64,000 nt of DNA from Acidimicrobiia bacterium (GTDB lineage Bacteria; Actinomycetota; Acidimicrobiia; Acidimicrobiales; Bin134), in NCBI GenBank assembly GCA_009842675.1, contig VYEX01000062.1:15218-79217 (forward strand), in the 5' to 3' direction. The translations under genes and the position numbers were made by a program. The notes under the pieces were generated by a model. It did no database searches, was not told where the DNA came from, and saw nothing but the letters and a program-made list of their open reading frames with translations. Below, in pieces: positions 1-8,073 of this stretch (positions are counted from its first letter, which is position 1; every line of letters begins with the position of its first letter).

Positions 1-761
1 CACTCGGCGCAGAAGTCATCGGGCTCGATCTGACCAGGGGAATCGAGGGATCGGCGTTCTCAGCCGTACGCGACGCCCTCCACAAGAGCGGTGTGATCTG
101 TATTCGCGACCAGGGGGCCATGACCCCAGAAGACCAACTGGCATTTGCCGGGAATTGGGGGGAGATTTCTATCCACCCTTACGTACCCTCTATTGAGGGC
201 TACCCGGGGATCATGAAGATCTACGATCCAAACCCCATCACCCAGACTTGGCACTCCGACTCAACCCATATGCGGCACCCCCATGCCTACACTCTGCTGT
301 TGGCTCGGGTATTGCCCAAGGTGGGCGGCGACACCATGTTCGCCTCCGCCGTAAAGGCATTCGAATCGCTGTCCCCAGGGCTTCAGGAGGCACTTCGGGC
401 GCTGTCTGCTGTACACGAGGGAACCAGCCTGGCCGCTGAAGCCGGACTGGAGCACGAGGCGGTCGTCGCCGTCCACCCGATGGTACGGGCTCATCCTGAC
501 ACTGGGGCAGAGGCGCTGTTCGTCAACGACAACTATGTGACCCGGATCGATGGGTGGACTCCCGCGGAGAGCCGCCCGCTTCTGGAGTTCCTCTACGGAG
601 TAATCGGCCGCTACGAGAACACATACCGACATCGCTGGCGCCACGGCGACCTGGTGATATGGGGCAACCGATCTACCCAACATGCCGTCGTGGGCGATGT
701 CAGCGGCGAAGAGCGAGTCCTCCACCGGGTGACGATTGCCAGCAGTGCTTCTGGCCGGTGA
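1..761 (+). CDS. TauD/TfdA-family Fe(II)/2-oxoglutarate dioxygenase (5' end outside window)
   Basis: Frame 3 is open from the window edge (LGAEVIGLDLTRG...VICIRDQ precedes the first ATG at 93). WHSDSTH His-x-Asp motif and TauD-like sequence throughout. Stop at 759-761. Confidence 0.8.
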   Translation, partial: LGAEVIGLDLTRGIEGSAFSAVRDALHKSGVICIRDQGAMTPEDQLAFAGNWGEISIHPYVPSIEGYPGIMKIYDPNPITQTWHSDSTHMRHPHAYTLLLARVLPKVGGDTMFASAVKAFESLSPGLQEALRALSAVHEGTSLAAEAGLEHEAVVAVHPMVRAHPDTGAEALFVNDNYVTRIDGWTPAESRPLLEFLYGVIGRYENTYRHRWRHGDLVIWGNRSTQHAVVGDVSGEERVLHRVTIASSASGR

Positions 762-762
762 G

Positions 763-2355
763 CTAGTGGTCCGTCTGCGAAGCAGTCAGCCTGGCCAAGC
801 GCTCTGAATGTTCGGCTGTGGTGCCGCCCCGGGATTGGGCAGCCCACGCTCGACGGGCGAAGGGCGCGAGGAAATGGTCCTCGTAGTACCCGTCGGCCCC
901 GTGCAGTTGGTGAGCCCCCGCTATGACGTCCAATAGGGCTTCGTTCCCGGTCGCTTTGGCTGCCGCCACCAGATAGTCGCGGGCAACACCGGTAGGGGAG
1001 AGGGCGGCCTCGGCCGCAGTGAGCTCCATCGCCTCGACTGCGATGGCCATGTCCACGAAGCGATGGCGGGCGGCCTGGAAGTCTTGCACTTGTCGGCCGT
1101 ACAGCGGGCGGTGCAGGGCATGATGAGCGGTTCGGGCCAAGAGCTGGCGTGCATCAGAGGCCATTTCGGCGCAAGCAGCGAGAACAGGATCGTCGGCGAC
1201 GTTTGGCAGGGGAGGGGATACGGACAGATCGCTGTCCAGCAGGACAGTGGCGATCATGTCCCGATGGGTCTCGTTGGCACCGACCGAGATGGGGGGATGG
1301 ATGGCCTCGAGTGCGTCATAGGTGTACGTGGGCCCCTGCTCGAACATGGCAGTCCAATCGGTTTCTCCTGGTCCCGCCCAAGTCCGGGACGTGCGGGCGA
1401 TGCTCTGGAGAAGCTCGGTGGAGGTCACCTTCACTACCGAGGCCTGGTAGTCCACTGTCTGGCCTGTCTCCTCGTAGTCAATTAACCGCTGGCAAAAGGC
1501 TCGGACTCGAGCCGCCGCGGCGTGCAGACGGGATCGTTCCCATGAGGGAATCGCAACGGGCATGCGTTGCAACCAAAGCTCGGCCCACCCGTAGTGGGCC
1601 AGAGAGCCCCGCTCCGCGGCCACGGCGGCCATTACCTGCGACCACCCTTGGCCGACCTCGCCCAATACGCTGTCGTCGCCCAGTCGAACCTGACCGAGGT
1701 TTATGTCACAGAGAGTCCAATGATTGATGGTGGACCTTCGTCCCACCTCCACTCCGGGAGCATCAAGGGGAACGATAAAAATGGTCATCGCGGAACGGGC
1801 GTTTTCCTCAGGGTCGGTTACCGCCAAAACCAAGGCCACTTCTGCCTTGTGCGCGCCCGTAATGTGCGACTTGGTTCCCGACAGCTCCCAGCCGTCAGAG
1901 CGGCGAACTCCAGTCGTGGCGATGGCCGCCAGGCTGTTGCCCGCGCCGGCCTCGCTGTAGGCAATTGCGCCAAGCATCTCGCCGGAGACCATCGGGGCTA
2001 GCCACCGGGCCTTCTGGGCTGGCGTTCCGAATTGAGAGAGCACATAGCCGCACAGCGTCACACCGGTGTCAATTGATGGCGCACCGTGGTAGGCAGCCTC
2101 CAAGTCGTACACGTGCTTCCAAGCCCGAGAGCAGCCGCGTCCCCCATCGGCTTCGGACAATGAGACAGCCAAAAAGCCCCGACGAGCTGCCTCCCTTTGA
2201 TGTCGCTGTTCGAACTCCAGGTCGAGACCGGTCAGATCGGTGGGGTCGACATGGCCAAACACCTTTTCGGGCGCCATCTCCGCAGCCAAGAACTCCCGAA
2301 CCTCTTCGCGCCATGGGAGCAAATCTGGGCTCAATCGGAGTTCGGTCAGCCGCAT
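763..2355 (-). CDS. acyl-CoA dehydrogenase family protein, long form (530 aa) with an extra C-terminal helical domain
   Basis: ACAD-like N-terminal and middle parts (GAIAYSEAGAGNSLAAI, GWELSGTKSHITG). These are followed by two segments that each resemble the ACAD C-terminal helical domain (second: YGRQVQDFQAARHRFVDMAIAVEAMEL...QLHGADGY). Confidence 0.7.
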   Translation of the reverse strand: MRLTELRLSPDLLPWREEVREFLAAEMAPEKVFGHVDPTDLTGLDLEFEQRHQREAARRGFLAVSLSEADGGRGCSRAWKHVYDLEAAYHGAPSIDTGVTLCGYVLSQFGTPAQKARWLAPMVSGEMLGAIAYSEAGAGNSLAAIATTGVRRSDGWELSGTKSHITGAHKAEVALVLAVTDPEENARSAMTIFIVPLDAPGVEVGRRSTINHWTLCDINLGQVRLGDDSVLGEVGQGWSQVMAAVAAERGSLAHYGWAELWLQRMPVAIPSWERSRLHAAAARVRAFCQRLIDYEETGQTVDYQASVVKVTSTELLQSIARTSRTWAGPGETDWTAMFEQGPTYTYDALEAIHPPISVGANETHRDMIATVLLDSDLSVSPPLPNVADDPVLAACAEMASDARQLLARTAHHALHRPLYGRQVQDFQAARHRFVDMAIAVEAMELTAAEAALSPTGVARDYLVAAAKATGNEALLDVIAGAHQLHGADGYYEDHFLAPFARRAWAAQSRGGTTAEHSERLARLTASQTDH

Positions 2356-2383
2356 TGCCCAGTGCGGGTTCTATGGGACCGCG

Positions 2384-2854
2384 TCAGCAGTCGGCGCAAT
2401 GTCCGTGAAGGTCGAGACTGTGGGTGGTGGGGGTGAATCCGGTTCGGGCTGATATCTCATTCAAACTCTTGTCCACCAGGTGTTCGATTTCACTGTCGAA
2501 TTGAACGTCTTCAATGCTGCCACAGCTCAGGCATATCAGGTGGTGGTGGTGACCGAGTAACGGTTCCGCCAACTCGAAGTAGGTGTGATCGCCCCCCACG
2601 TTGATTCGCCGAATGACACCGCAGCGAACCAAGACATCTAAATTGCGATAGGCAGAACTCTGAGCCAACTTCGGATCTGCCTCCACGATGTCAGGCAGAA
2701 TCATCGGTTGGCCGGAGAGGACTAGAACCTCCACCAGTTTCCGTCGGCCGCTGGTGTACCGGTGGCCCTGTTGGGCCAGCCTGCCGCCGATCTGAGCGTG
2801 CAACTCGGAGAGGAACTCCCTGTCTTCCGCGCTCTGTCGTAGCTGCTCAGTCAT
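2384..2854 (-). CDS. zur: Fur-family metalloregulator, probably Zur
   Basis: Winged-helix segment (SSAYRNLDVLVRCGVIRR), HHHH followed by CLSCGS, and C-terminal HCADC (two CxxC pairs). Sits divergent to a Zn-type ABC uptake operon. The Zn specificity is inferred from context only. Confidence 0.7.
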   Translation of the reverse strand: MTEQLRQSAEDREFLSELHAQIGGRLAQQGHRYTSGRRKLVEVLVLSGQPMILPDIVEADPKLAQSSAYRNLDVLVRCGVIRRINVGGDHTYFELAEPLLGHHHHLICLSCGSIEDVQFDSEIEHLVDKSLNEISARTGFTPTTHSLDLHGHCADC

Positions 2855-2868
2855 TCCTGTCTTTTATC

Positions 2869-3027
2869 TTAGGGGTTCATTTCGGATGTACACCGCTCAC
2901 GGCGGGCGCACCGTCGTTTCCAGCAGTACCGACAGCAATCGCACACCAGCAGGGGGACAACGAAAACCACCCCCATGATCGCAAAGAGCTGGCCAATGAT
3001 GTACAGCGCATGGACTATTGCCGTCAT
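2869..3027 (-). CDS. small membrane-anchored Cys-rich protein (52 aa from the internal ATG)
   Basis: ATG at 3027 is preceded by AGAAGGGAAGACC (SD-like). One hydrophobic helix (AIVHALYIIGQLFAIMGVVFVVPLLV) is followed by CDCCRYCWKRRCARRERC. No family recognised. The ORF track version starts at 3084. Confidence 0.4.
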   Translation of the reverse strand: MTAIVHALYIIGQLFAIMGVVFVVPLLVCDCCRYCWKRRCARRERCTSEMNP

Positions 3028-3110
3028 GGTCTTCCCTTCTTGCCCGAACGTCTCTCCGCAAAGTAAGCGTTGTCTGTTTGTCATCGACGCAGGTCGCAGA
3101 ATACGTTTGC

Positions 3111-3129
3111 AGGAATGAGACTCATTATC
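3111..3129. promoter_or_regulatory. Fur-family (Zur?) box candidate
   Basis: AGGAATGAGACTCATTATC matches 14 of 19 positions of the classical Fur box GATAATGATAATCATTATC. It contains the perfect palindrome AATGAG-A-CTCATT (3114-3126). It lies in the zur/znuA divergent spacer and overlaps the znuA ATG at 3115. Confidence 0.45.
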
Positions 3130-4317
3130 AATTCAAGGCGAGCGATATTTGGTGCAGGGTGCTTGCTGGCTGTGTTGGCACTGATCGCTGCCGGTTGCGG
3201 GAACGACGATGAAGATGACGGAGGTGGTGTACCGACAGTCATAGCCACCACGTCGATATGGGCTGATGTGGTCGCCAACGTGGCCTGCGACGGGTTGGCC
3301 GAAGTGGTAACCGTCATCCCCCCCGGTGGCGACCCTCATGCCTTTCAGCCCTCGTTGAGTGATCGCGAGAACATGGAACACGCCGCGTTGATAGTGGCAA
3401 ACGGCTTGTTCCTGGAGGAAGGCCTAGAGGACACCATTGATGCGGTCGAAGATGCGGGCACACCAGTGTTTCGCGTGGCTGACCATGTCTCGGTAATCGA
3501 ATTCGGCTCGGCGATGGGCCACGACGACCACGAGGACGAGCACGAAGACGATCACGACGATCACGAGGGCCACGACCACGACGAGGACGAGCACGAAGAC
3601 GATCACGACGATCATGAAGACGATCACGACGATCACGAGGACGACCACGACGAGGACGACGGCCACGGCCACGACGAAGACGATCACGAGGACGACCACG
3701 ACGAGGACGACGGCCACGGCCACGACGAAGACGATCACGAGGACGACCACGACGAGGACGACGGCCACGGCCATGCGCACGCGCACGGAAGTGAGGACCC
3801 CCACGTGTGGTTCGATCCCATTCGAGTTGCCGATGCGTTGCCCGCGCTCAGCCAGGCTCTGGCCACCCAGGCAGGCCTCGATGCCGCGGCCCTAGACGAG
3901 TGCGTTGCGGCGTATCACAGCGAGCTCATTGCTCTGGACGCTGAGGTCGATGCCGTCTTGGCCTCGCTGCATCCTGAGGATCGCCTGTTGGTCACCAACC
4001 ACGATGCCCTCGGTTATTTCGCCGATCGCTACGGGTTCCAGGTGATCGGGACGGTCATTCCCAGCGGCTCCACTCTGGCCGCGGCTAGCCCCGCGGGGCT
4101 CCAGGAACTGGTTGAGCTAATCGACGAGACCGGTGTGTCCGCCATCTTCTCGGAGACGACGCACAGTTCTGATGACACTGAAGCCTTGGGTCGAGAGGCC
4201 GGTGTCCAGGTGGTTTCCTTGAATACTGGATCGCTGGGTCCCGCTGATAGCAGCTCGGGCACCTATATCGGGTTCATACGCACCAACGCACAAAAGATCG
4301 CCGAAGGCCTCGGTTGA
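3115..4317 (+). CDS. znuA: metal (Zn-type) ABC transporter substrate-binding lipoprotein with a very long His/Asp/Glu-rich loop
   Basis: TroA/ZnuA-like sequence (GGDPHAFQPS, DPHVWFDP, LVTNHDALGYFADRYG, IFSETT). N-terminus is MRLIINSRRAIFGAGCLLAVLALIAAGCG (signal peptide plus AAGC lipobox). The His-rich loop is a hallmark of Zn-specific members. The track start at 3070 (TTG) is less likely than the ATG at 3115. Confidence 0.85.
   Translation: MRLIINSRRAIFGAGCLLAVLALIAAGCGNDDEDDGGGVPTVIATTSIWADVVANVACDGLAEVVTVIPPGGDPHAFQPSLSDRENMEHAALIVANGLFLEEGLEDTIDAVEDAGTPVFRVADHVSVIEFGSAMGHDDHEDEHEDDHDDHEGHDHDEDEHEDDHDDHEDDHDDHEDDHDEDDGHGHDEDDHEDDHDEDDGHGHDEDDHEDDHDEDDGHGHAHAHGSEDPHVWFDPIRVADALPALSQALATQAGLDAAALDECVAAYHSELIALDAEVDAVLASLHPEDRLLVTNHDALGYFADRYGFQVIGTVIPSGSTLAAASPAGLQELVELIDETGVSAIFSETTHSSDDTEALGREAGVQVVSLNTGSLGPADSSSGTYIGFIRTNAQKIAEGLG
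3532..3773 (+). repeat. in-frame tandem duplications with a 51-bp (17-codon) period inside znuA
   Basis: gaggacgagcacgaagacgatcacgacgatca occurs at 3532 and 3583. The unit ggccacggccacgacgaagacgatcacgaggacgaccacgacgaggacgac occurs perfectly at 3661-3711 and 3712-3762, with partial copies at 3631-3660 and 3763-3773. Confidence 0.9.
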
Positions 4318-4341
4318 TGTTCCGCTAGCTAAATTGGACCA

Positions 4342-5205
4342 GTGGACTTTCTGACCAGTCCGTTCGACTGGTGGATCGAGCCCTTTTACGACAACGTCTT
4401 CATGCGGAATGCCCTGTGGTCAGGGCTGCTAGCGGTCTTGGCCACTTCCACGGTGGGAACGTGGGTGGTGCTTCGAGGGATGAGCTTCTTCGGGGAGGCC
4501 ATGGCCCATGGGGTGCTGCCCGGATTGGCCATTGCTTTCATACTCGGGGGCGATCCCACGCTTGGTGCATTGACCGCTGCGTTCGTCATGGTTTATGGCG
4601 TAAATCTTGTTCGCAACCATTCGCCATTGCCTGAAGACAGTTCGATCGTGCTGCTTTATGTGGGGTTCTTGGCCTTGGCGGTGGTAATTCTGTCCAGCGG
4701 CTCAGGGGCATATGCCGGAGACCTGACCCGTTTCCTCTTCGGATCCATCACTGGGGTGACCAACAGCGACCTCATTCGCCAGCTCATCATCGCTGGAATC
4801 ACCTTGTTGGGAGTTGTGGTGCTCCATCGGGCTTTTCTGGTCATGACCTTCGACGAGGTACAAGCCCGTCTGATGGGGCTTCGACCTCGACTGGCTCACG
4901 CTGGGCTGCTGGCGCTTTTGGCTATATCAATCGTGGCTTCATTTCAAGCTGTAGGGAACTTGCAGGTCTTCGCATTCTTGGTGGGCCCGCCGTCGACTGC
5001 CGCCATGTTGGTGCGGCGGATCCCTATCATGATGGTTACCGCAGTTGTTCTCGGTTCTGTCGCCGTTGTCGTTGGCCTGCTCATTAGCTACCACCACGAC
5101 ACCGCAGCCGGTGCCACGATGGCGCTGGGCACAGTCGTACTTTTTTTGATCGCTGTGCTGATCCGATCTCTTTCCGGCACCTACAACGTGCGGCTCATCA
5201 CCTAG
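4342..5205 (+). CDS. znuB: metal ABC transporter permease (ABC-3 / ZnuB family)
   Basis: Polytopic membrane protein immediately after znuA. ABC-3-like N-terminus (NALWSGLLAVLATSTVGTWVVLRGMSFFGEAMAHGVLPG). No ATPase gene follows it. Confidence 0.85.
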   Translation: MDFLTSPFDWWIEPFYDNVFMRNALWSGLLAVLATSTVGTWVVLRGMSFFGEAMAHGVLPGLAIAFILGGDPTLGALTAAFVMVYGVNLVRNHSPLPEDSSIVLLYVGFLALAVVILSSGSGAYAGDLTRFLFGSITGVTNSDLIRQLIIAGITLLGVVVLHRAFLVMTFDEVQARLMGLRPRLAHAGLLALLAISIVASFQAVGNLQVFAFLVGPPSTAAMLVRRIPIMMVTAVVLGSVAVVVGLLISYHHDTAAGATMALGTVVLFLIAVLIRSLSGTYNVRLIT

Positions 5206-5212
5206 TGGTCCG

Positions 5213-5623
5213 TCAACTCAACAGCAGGGTTGCGGTTCCGGCCAGCACCGGATGAGTCCCGTCGCGGGCCAGCCAGACATCGCATTCGACGTTACCGTCA
5301 TCGCCGACCGCAGTGACCGAGCCGCCGGCCTCCAACCAGTCGCCAGCGAAGACGTTGTCCAGAAAACGAACGCGGATCTTCTGGATGCGTTCGGCGCCGC
5401 CGGCCCAGTCGCCCAGCATGTTCATCACATATCCCAGATTGTTGGGACCCTGATTAACCGGTTGATCACCCATGCCCAGTTCCCTCACGGTGTCGACATC
5501 CCAGTGGATGGGATTGGAATCGGCCAGCAGGGCGGCCATCGTCTTCATCTTTTCGGCGTCCACCGACTCGATAACCAGACGGGGAAGCTCGTCACCCACT
5601 GATGGAATTGGGTTCGCGCTCAC
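5213..5623 (-). CDS. MaoC-like (R)-hydratase hotdog-fold protein
   Basis: 136 aa with a MaoC-dehydratase-like core (DSNPIHWD...). 4-nt overlap with the upstream hotdog gene. Confidence 0.65.
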   Translation of the reverse strand: MSANPIPSVGDELPRLVIESVDAEKMKTMAALLADSNPIHWDVDTVRELGMGDQPVNQGPNNLGYVMNMLGDWAGGAERIQKIRVRFLDNVFAGDWLEAGGSVTAVGDDGNVECDVWLARDGTHPVLAGTATLLLS

Positions 5624-6078
5624 TTGGGCCTCCTGGGAAAGATGAACGAATTGGACACCACAGACGACACTTCGCCATCTGGGGCAACGACCTCCAGTTG
5701 AAATGCGACAATGTCAAAGGTCCCTGTGCGGGCCCCATCCTTGCGGATTGCGCTGGTGATCTCCCCCTTCACGGTGTAGGTGGCACCGACCTCCAATGGG
5801 CGCAGCTGCTGGATATCGCACTCGCCGAACATCGGGCCATCGTCGGCTGATGCATAACAAAGGGTGAACATCTCATCGATGGAGATGCCCAAACCGGCCA
5901 TTGCCGCGTAGTAGCAGAACATGGGGTGGGCGATGCCGTCGGTTCGCTGGGGCGACCCGAGGACGTCGTTGGTGAGCCAAACCCTCCACGGATCCACGGC
6001 GTAGGTTCCACCGGGGAACTGTCTTCCCACCAGGGATTCCAATTCCTCGATGGTCGGAGTTTGCGTCGCCGAAGTCAT
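5620..6078 (-). CDS. hotdog-fold protein (FAS1-like / HadA-type N-terminal dehydratase subunit)
   Basis: 152 aa. Pairing with the following MaoC gene resembles two-subunit hydratases (HadAB / ChsH1-ChsH2 style). The assignment is by pattern only. Confidence 0.5.
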   Translation of the reverse strand: MTSATQTPTIEELESLVGRQFPGGTYAVDPWRVWLTNDVLGSPQRTDGIAHPMFCYYAAMAGLGISIDEMFTLCYASADDGPMFGECDIQQLRPLEVGATYTVKGEITSAIRKDGARTGTFDIVAFQLEVVAPDGEVSSVVSNSFIFPRRPK

Positions 6079-6082
6079 TGCT

Positions 6083-7165
6083 TCACCACCGGCAGGCCTC
6101 TGGAATGGCGGGATGTTCGGGGGCGGGGTACTTGCGGTGTAACGGCTTTACCACCTCCTCGCCGAAGCGCTGGATCTGCTCGCGGGTAGCTTCGAAAGAC
6201 GGCCCGGTGACCATGCGGAACTGCACGGTGAAATACTGCACGCCCAGTTCCTCGTAGTACTGCTCCAACCGTTCCCGGCATTGGGCAGGGGAGCCCACCA
6301 CGATGTGCTCGCGGGCCGATTCGGTGGTGATCTTCTCGGGAGAGTCGAATTCGGGGTGGTGGGCCAGGATGCCCTGCTCGCAGTAGAACCGCATTTCGGG
6401 CACATAGTGGGTCCCGTACTGCTCGGCTGCCTGTTCGAAGGTGTCGGCCACCCATGCTTTGCGCATCAGAACGACAAAAGGCTCCTTGCCGTGCTCGATG
6501 GCCTTGGCCCGATAGGCGCCCGCCTGTTGATCCCATACCTCCTTGAGGATGGGAAAGTCGTCGCAAGTCCAAGACTCCGCGTAGACCCCACACCGCTCGA
6601 TGGCCGCGGGCAGCTGTCCGCCGCCCCAGAAGGGGAACCGGGGCTGCTGATAAGAATTGGGCGACAACAAGCCGTCGTTCACCTGATAGAAGTCTCCGTC
6701 CCAGCTGAACCGTTCGCCCTTGGATTGCAGGGCCTTGTCGATGACGGCCACGTTCTCCAGGTAGCGGCCCAACATCCGCTCAGGTGGAACGCCGAACTGG
6801 CCCCAGTAGCCGGCGTGGAAACCCCGACCCCAGGTCATGTACAGCCTACCCCTCGAGATGTTGTCGATAATGGCGCACTGCTCGGCCACCTCCATGGGGT
6901 GATAGAGCGTGTTGACCAAGCAGTAGGAGCCGATGGCCACCCTGCTGGTCTCCCGGGCCAAGATCATCAACAGATTTAGCGGCGAGCCGAAGTACGACTC
7001 GGTTCGGCCATGGCGGTCGGGCACTTGAATCGAGTGGAATCCCGACTGCTCGGCCAAGATGCCTTCTTCGATCATGGCATCAAGGACGTCGGCTGCGTTG
7101 GCGGGCTCGGGAAGAGGCTGGTCGTAGTACCCATGGTTGGTGTCGATCAGATAGCCGATGCGCAA
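6083..7165 (-). CDS. LLM-class (luciferase-like) flavin-dependent oxidoreductase
   Basis: MRIGYLIDT..., SGFHSIQVPDRHG, SRGRLYMTWGRGF. Typical luciferase-like monooxygenase layout, 360 aa. Confidence 0.75.
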   Translation of the reverse strand: MRIGYLIDTNHGYYDQPLPEPANAADVLDAMIEEGILAEQSGFHSIQVPDRHGRTESYFGSPLNLLMILARETSRVAIGSYCLVNTLYHPMEVAEQCAIIDNISRGRLYMTWGRGFHAGYWGQFGVPPERMLGRYLENVAVIDKALQSKGERFSWDGDFYQVNDGLLSPNSYQQPRFPFWGGGQLPAAIERCGVYAESWTCDDFPILKEVWDQQAGAYRAKAIEHGKEPFVVLMRKAWVADTFEQAAEQYGTHYVPEMRFYCEQGILAHHPEFDSPEKITTESAREHIVVGSPAQCRERLEQYYEELGVQYFTVQFRMVTGPSFEATREQIQRFGEEVVKPLHRKYPAPEHPAIPEACRW

Positions 7166-7305
7166 GGTGGACTCGCTTTCAGATGTTGTGGTCGGGCTTG
7201 TCAGTCGTCTTTCCCACCCTATTTGCCTGAAGCGGTGAGCGCCGAGCAGCTAGTTGCCGCAGCGGGTTGGCCTACGCTGAGGGGCAACATTCGAAGGAGC
7301 GCACT

Positions 7306-8073
7306 GTGGCCATTCACACCGAGATCGACGAGCAAGGCATTGCCGTCGTCACCATGGACAATCCGCCGGTGAACGCACTCAATATCGCCGACACCTATCG
7401 GCTGGCTGAGATTTTCCGCGGTTATAAGCACGACACCGATGTGAGAGTCGCCATCCTCACCGCCGTGGGTCGGGGATTCAACGCTGGAGTGGACATCAAA
7501 GAGATGCAGGCCATGGAGGGCTTTGAGGGCGTGTTGGGAACCGGAGATGCCTGCTATGAGGCCTTCGGGGCGGTGTACGACTGCACGGTGCCGGTGATCG
7601 CCGCGGTGCAAGACTTTTGCCTGGGCTTGGGGATTGGCCTCGCAGGGAACTGCGACTTGGTAGTGGCCGCCGAAGGGGTCAAATTCTCCATGCCCGAAGT
7701 GGATAACGGGGCCCTGGGGGCCGCCACTCACACCGCTCGGCTGGTTCCGGAGAAGGTGATGCGCTGGATGATGTACAGCTGCGAGCCGGTGGCCGCCGAA
7801 GACCTCCAGCGGTGGGGGACCGTGCTCAGCGTCGTCCCCGGCGAGCAGCTGATGGACGAGGCCCGCCGGGTGGCCGGGGTGATCGCATCCAAGCCACCGG
7901 GGGTGATTCGCAAGGCCAAGTGGTCGATCAATGGGATAGACCCGGTGGACGTCCACCGTAGCTATCGATACGAGCAGGGGTTCACCTACGAGTTGAACCT
8001 CATGGGCGAAGGCGAAAAGGCCCGGGACGCCTTCATCAAAGGCGAGCGGGAGTCGAACAAAGCCGCCCAGTAG
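7306..8073 (+). CDS. enoyl-CoA hydratase/isomerase (crotonase) family protein
   Basis: IAVVTMDNPPVNAL, TAVGRGFNAGVDIKEM. GTG at 7306 is preceded by GAAGGAG (7293-7299). The track start at 7267 has no comparable SD. Confidence 0.8.
   Translation: MAIHTEIDEQGIAVVTMDNPPVNALNIADTYRLAEIFRGYKHDTDVRVAILTAVGRGFNAGVDIKEMQAMEGFEGVLGTGDACYEAFGAVYDCTVPVIAAVQDFCLGLGIGLAGNCDLVVAAEGVKFSMPEVDNGALGAATHTARLVPEKVMRWMMYSCEPVAAEDLQRWGTVLSVVPGEQLMDEARRVAGVIASKPPGVIRKAKWSINGIDPVDVHRSYRYEQGFTYELNLMGEGEKARDAFIKGERESNKAAQ

Noticed and set aside
3532-3773. Possible CRISPR-like periodic repeat.
   Set aside because: The repeats are directly tandem with no unique spacers, are in frame, and lie inside a coding sequence. 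No cas genes are present.
3424-3895. Val-rich (3424-3804, minus strand) and Thr/Arg-rich (3614-3895, plus strand) ORFs inside the znuA repeat region.
   Set aside because: These are alternative-frame and antisense readings of the GAC/CAC/GAG-rich His/Asp/Glu loop DNA. They are pure repeat artefacts.
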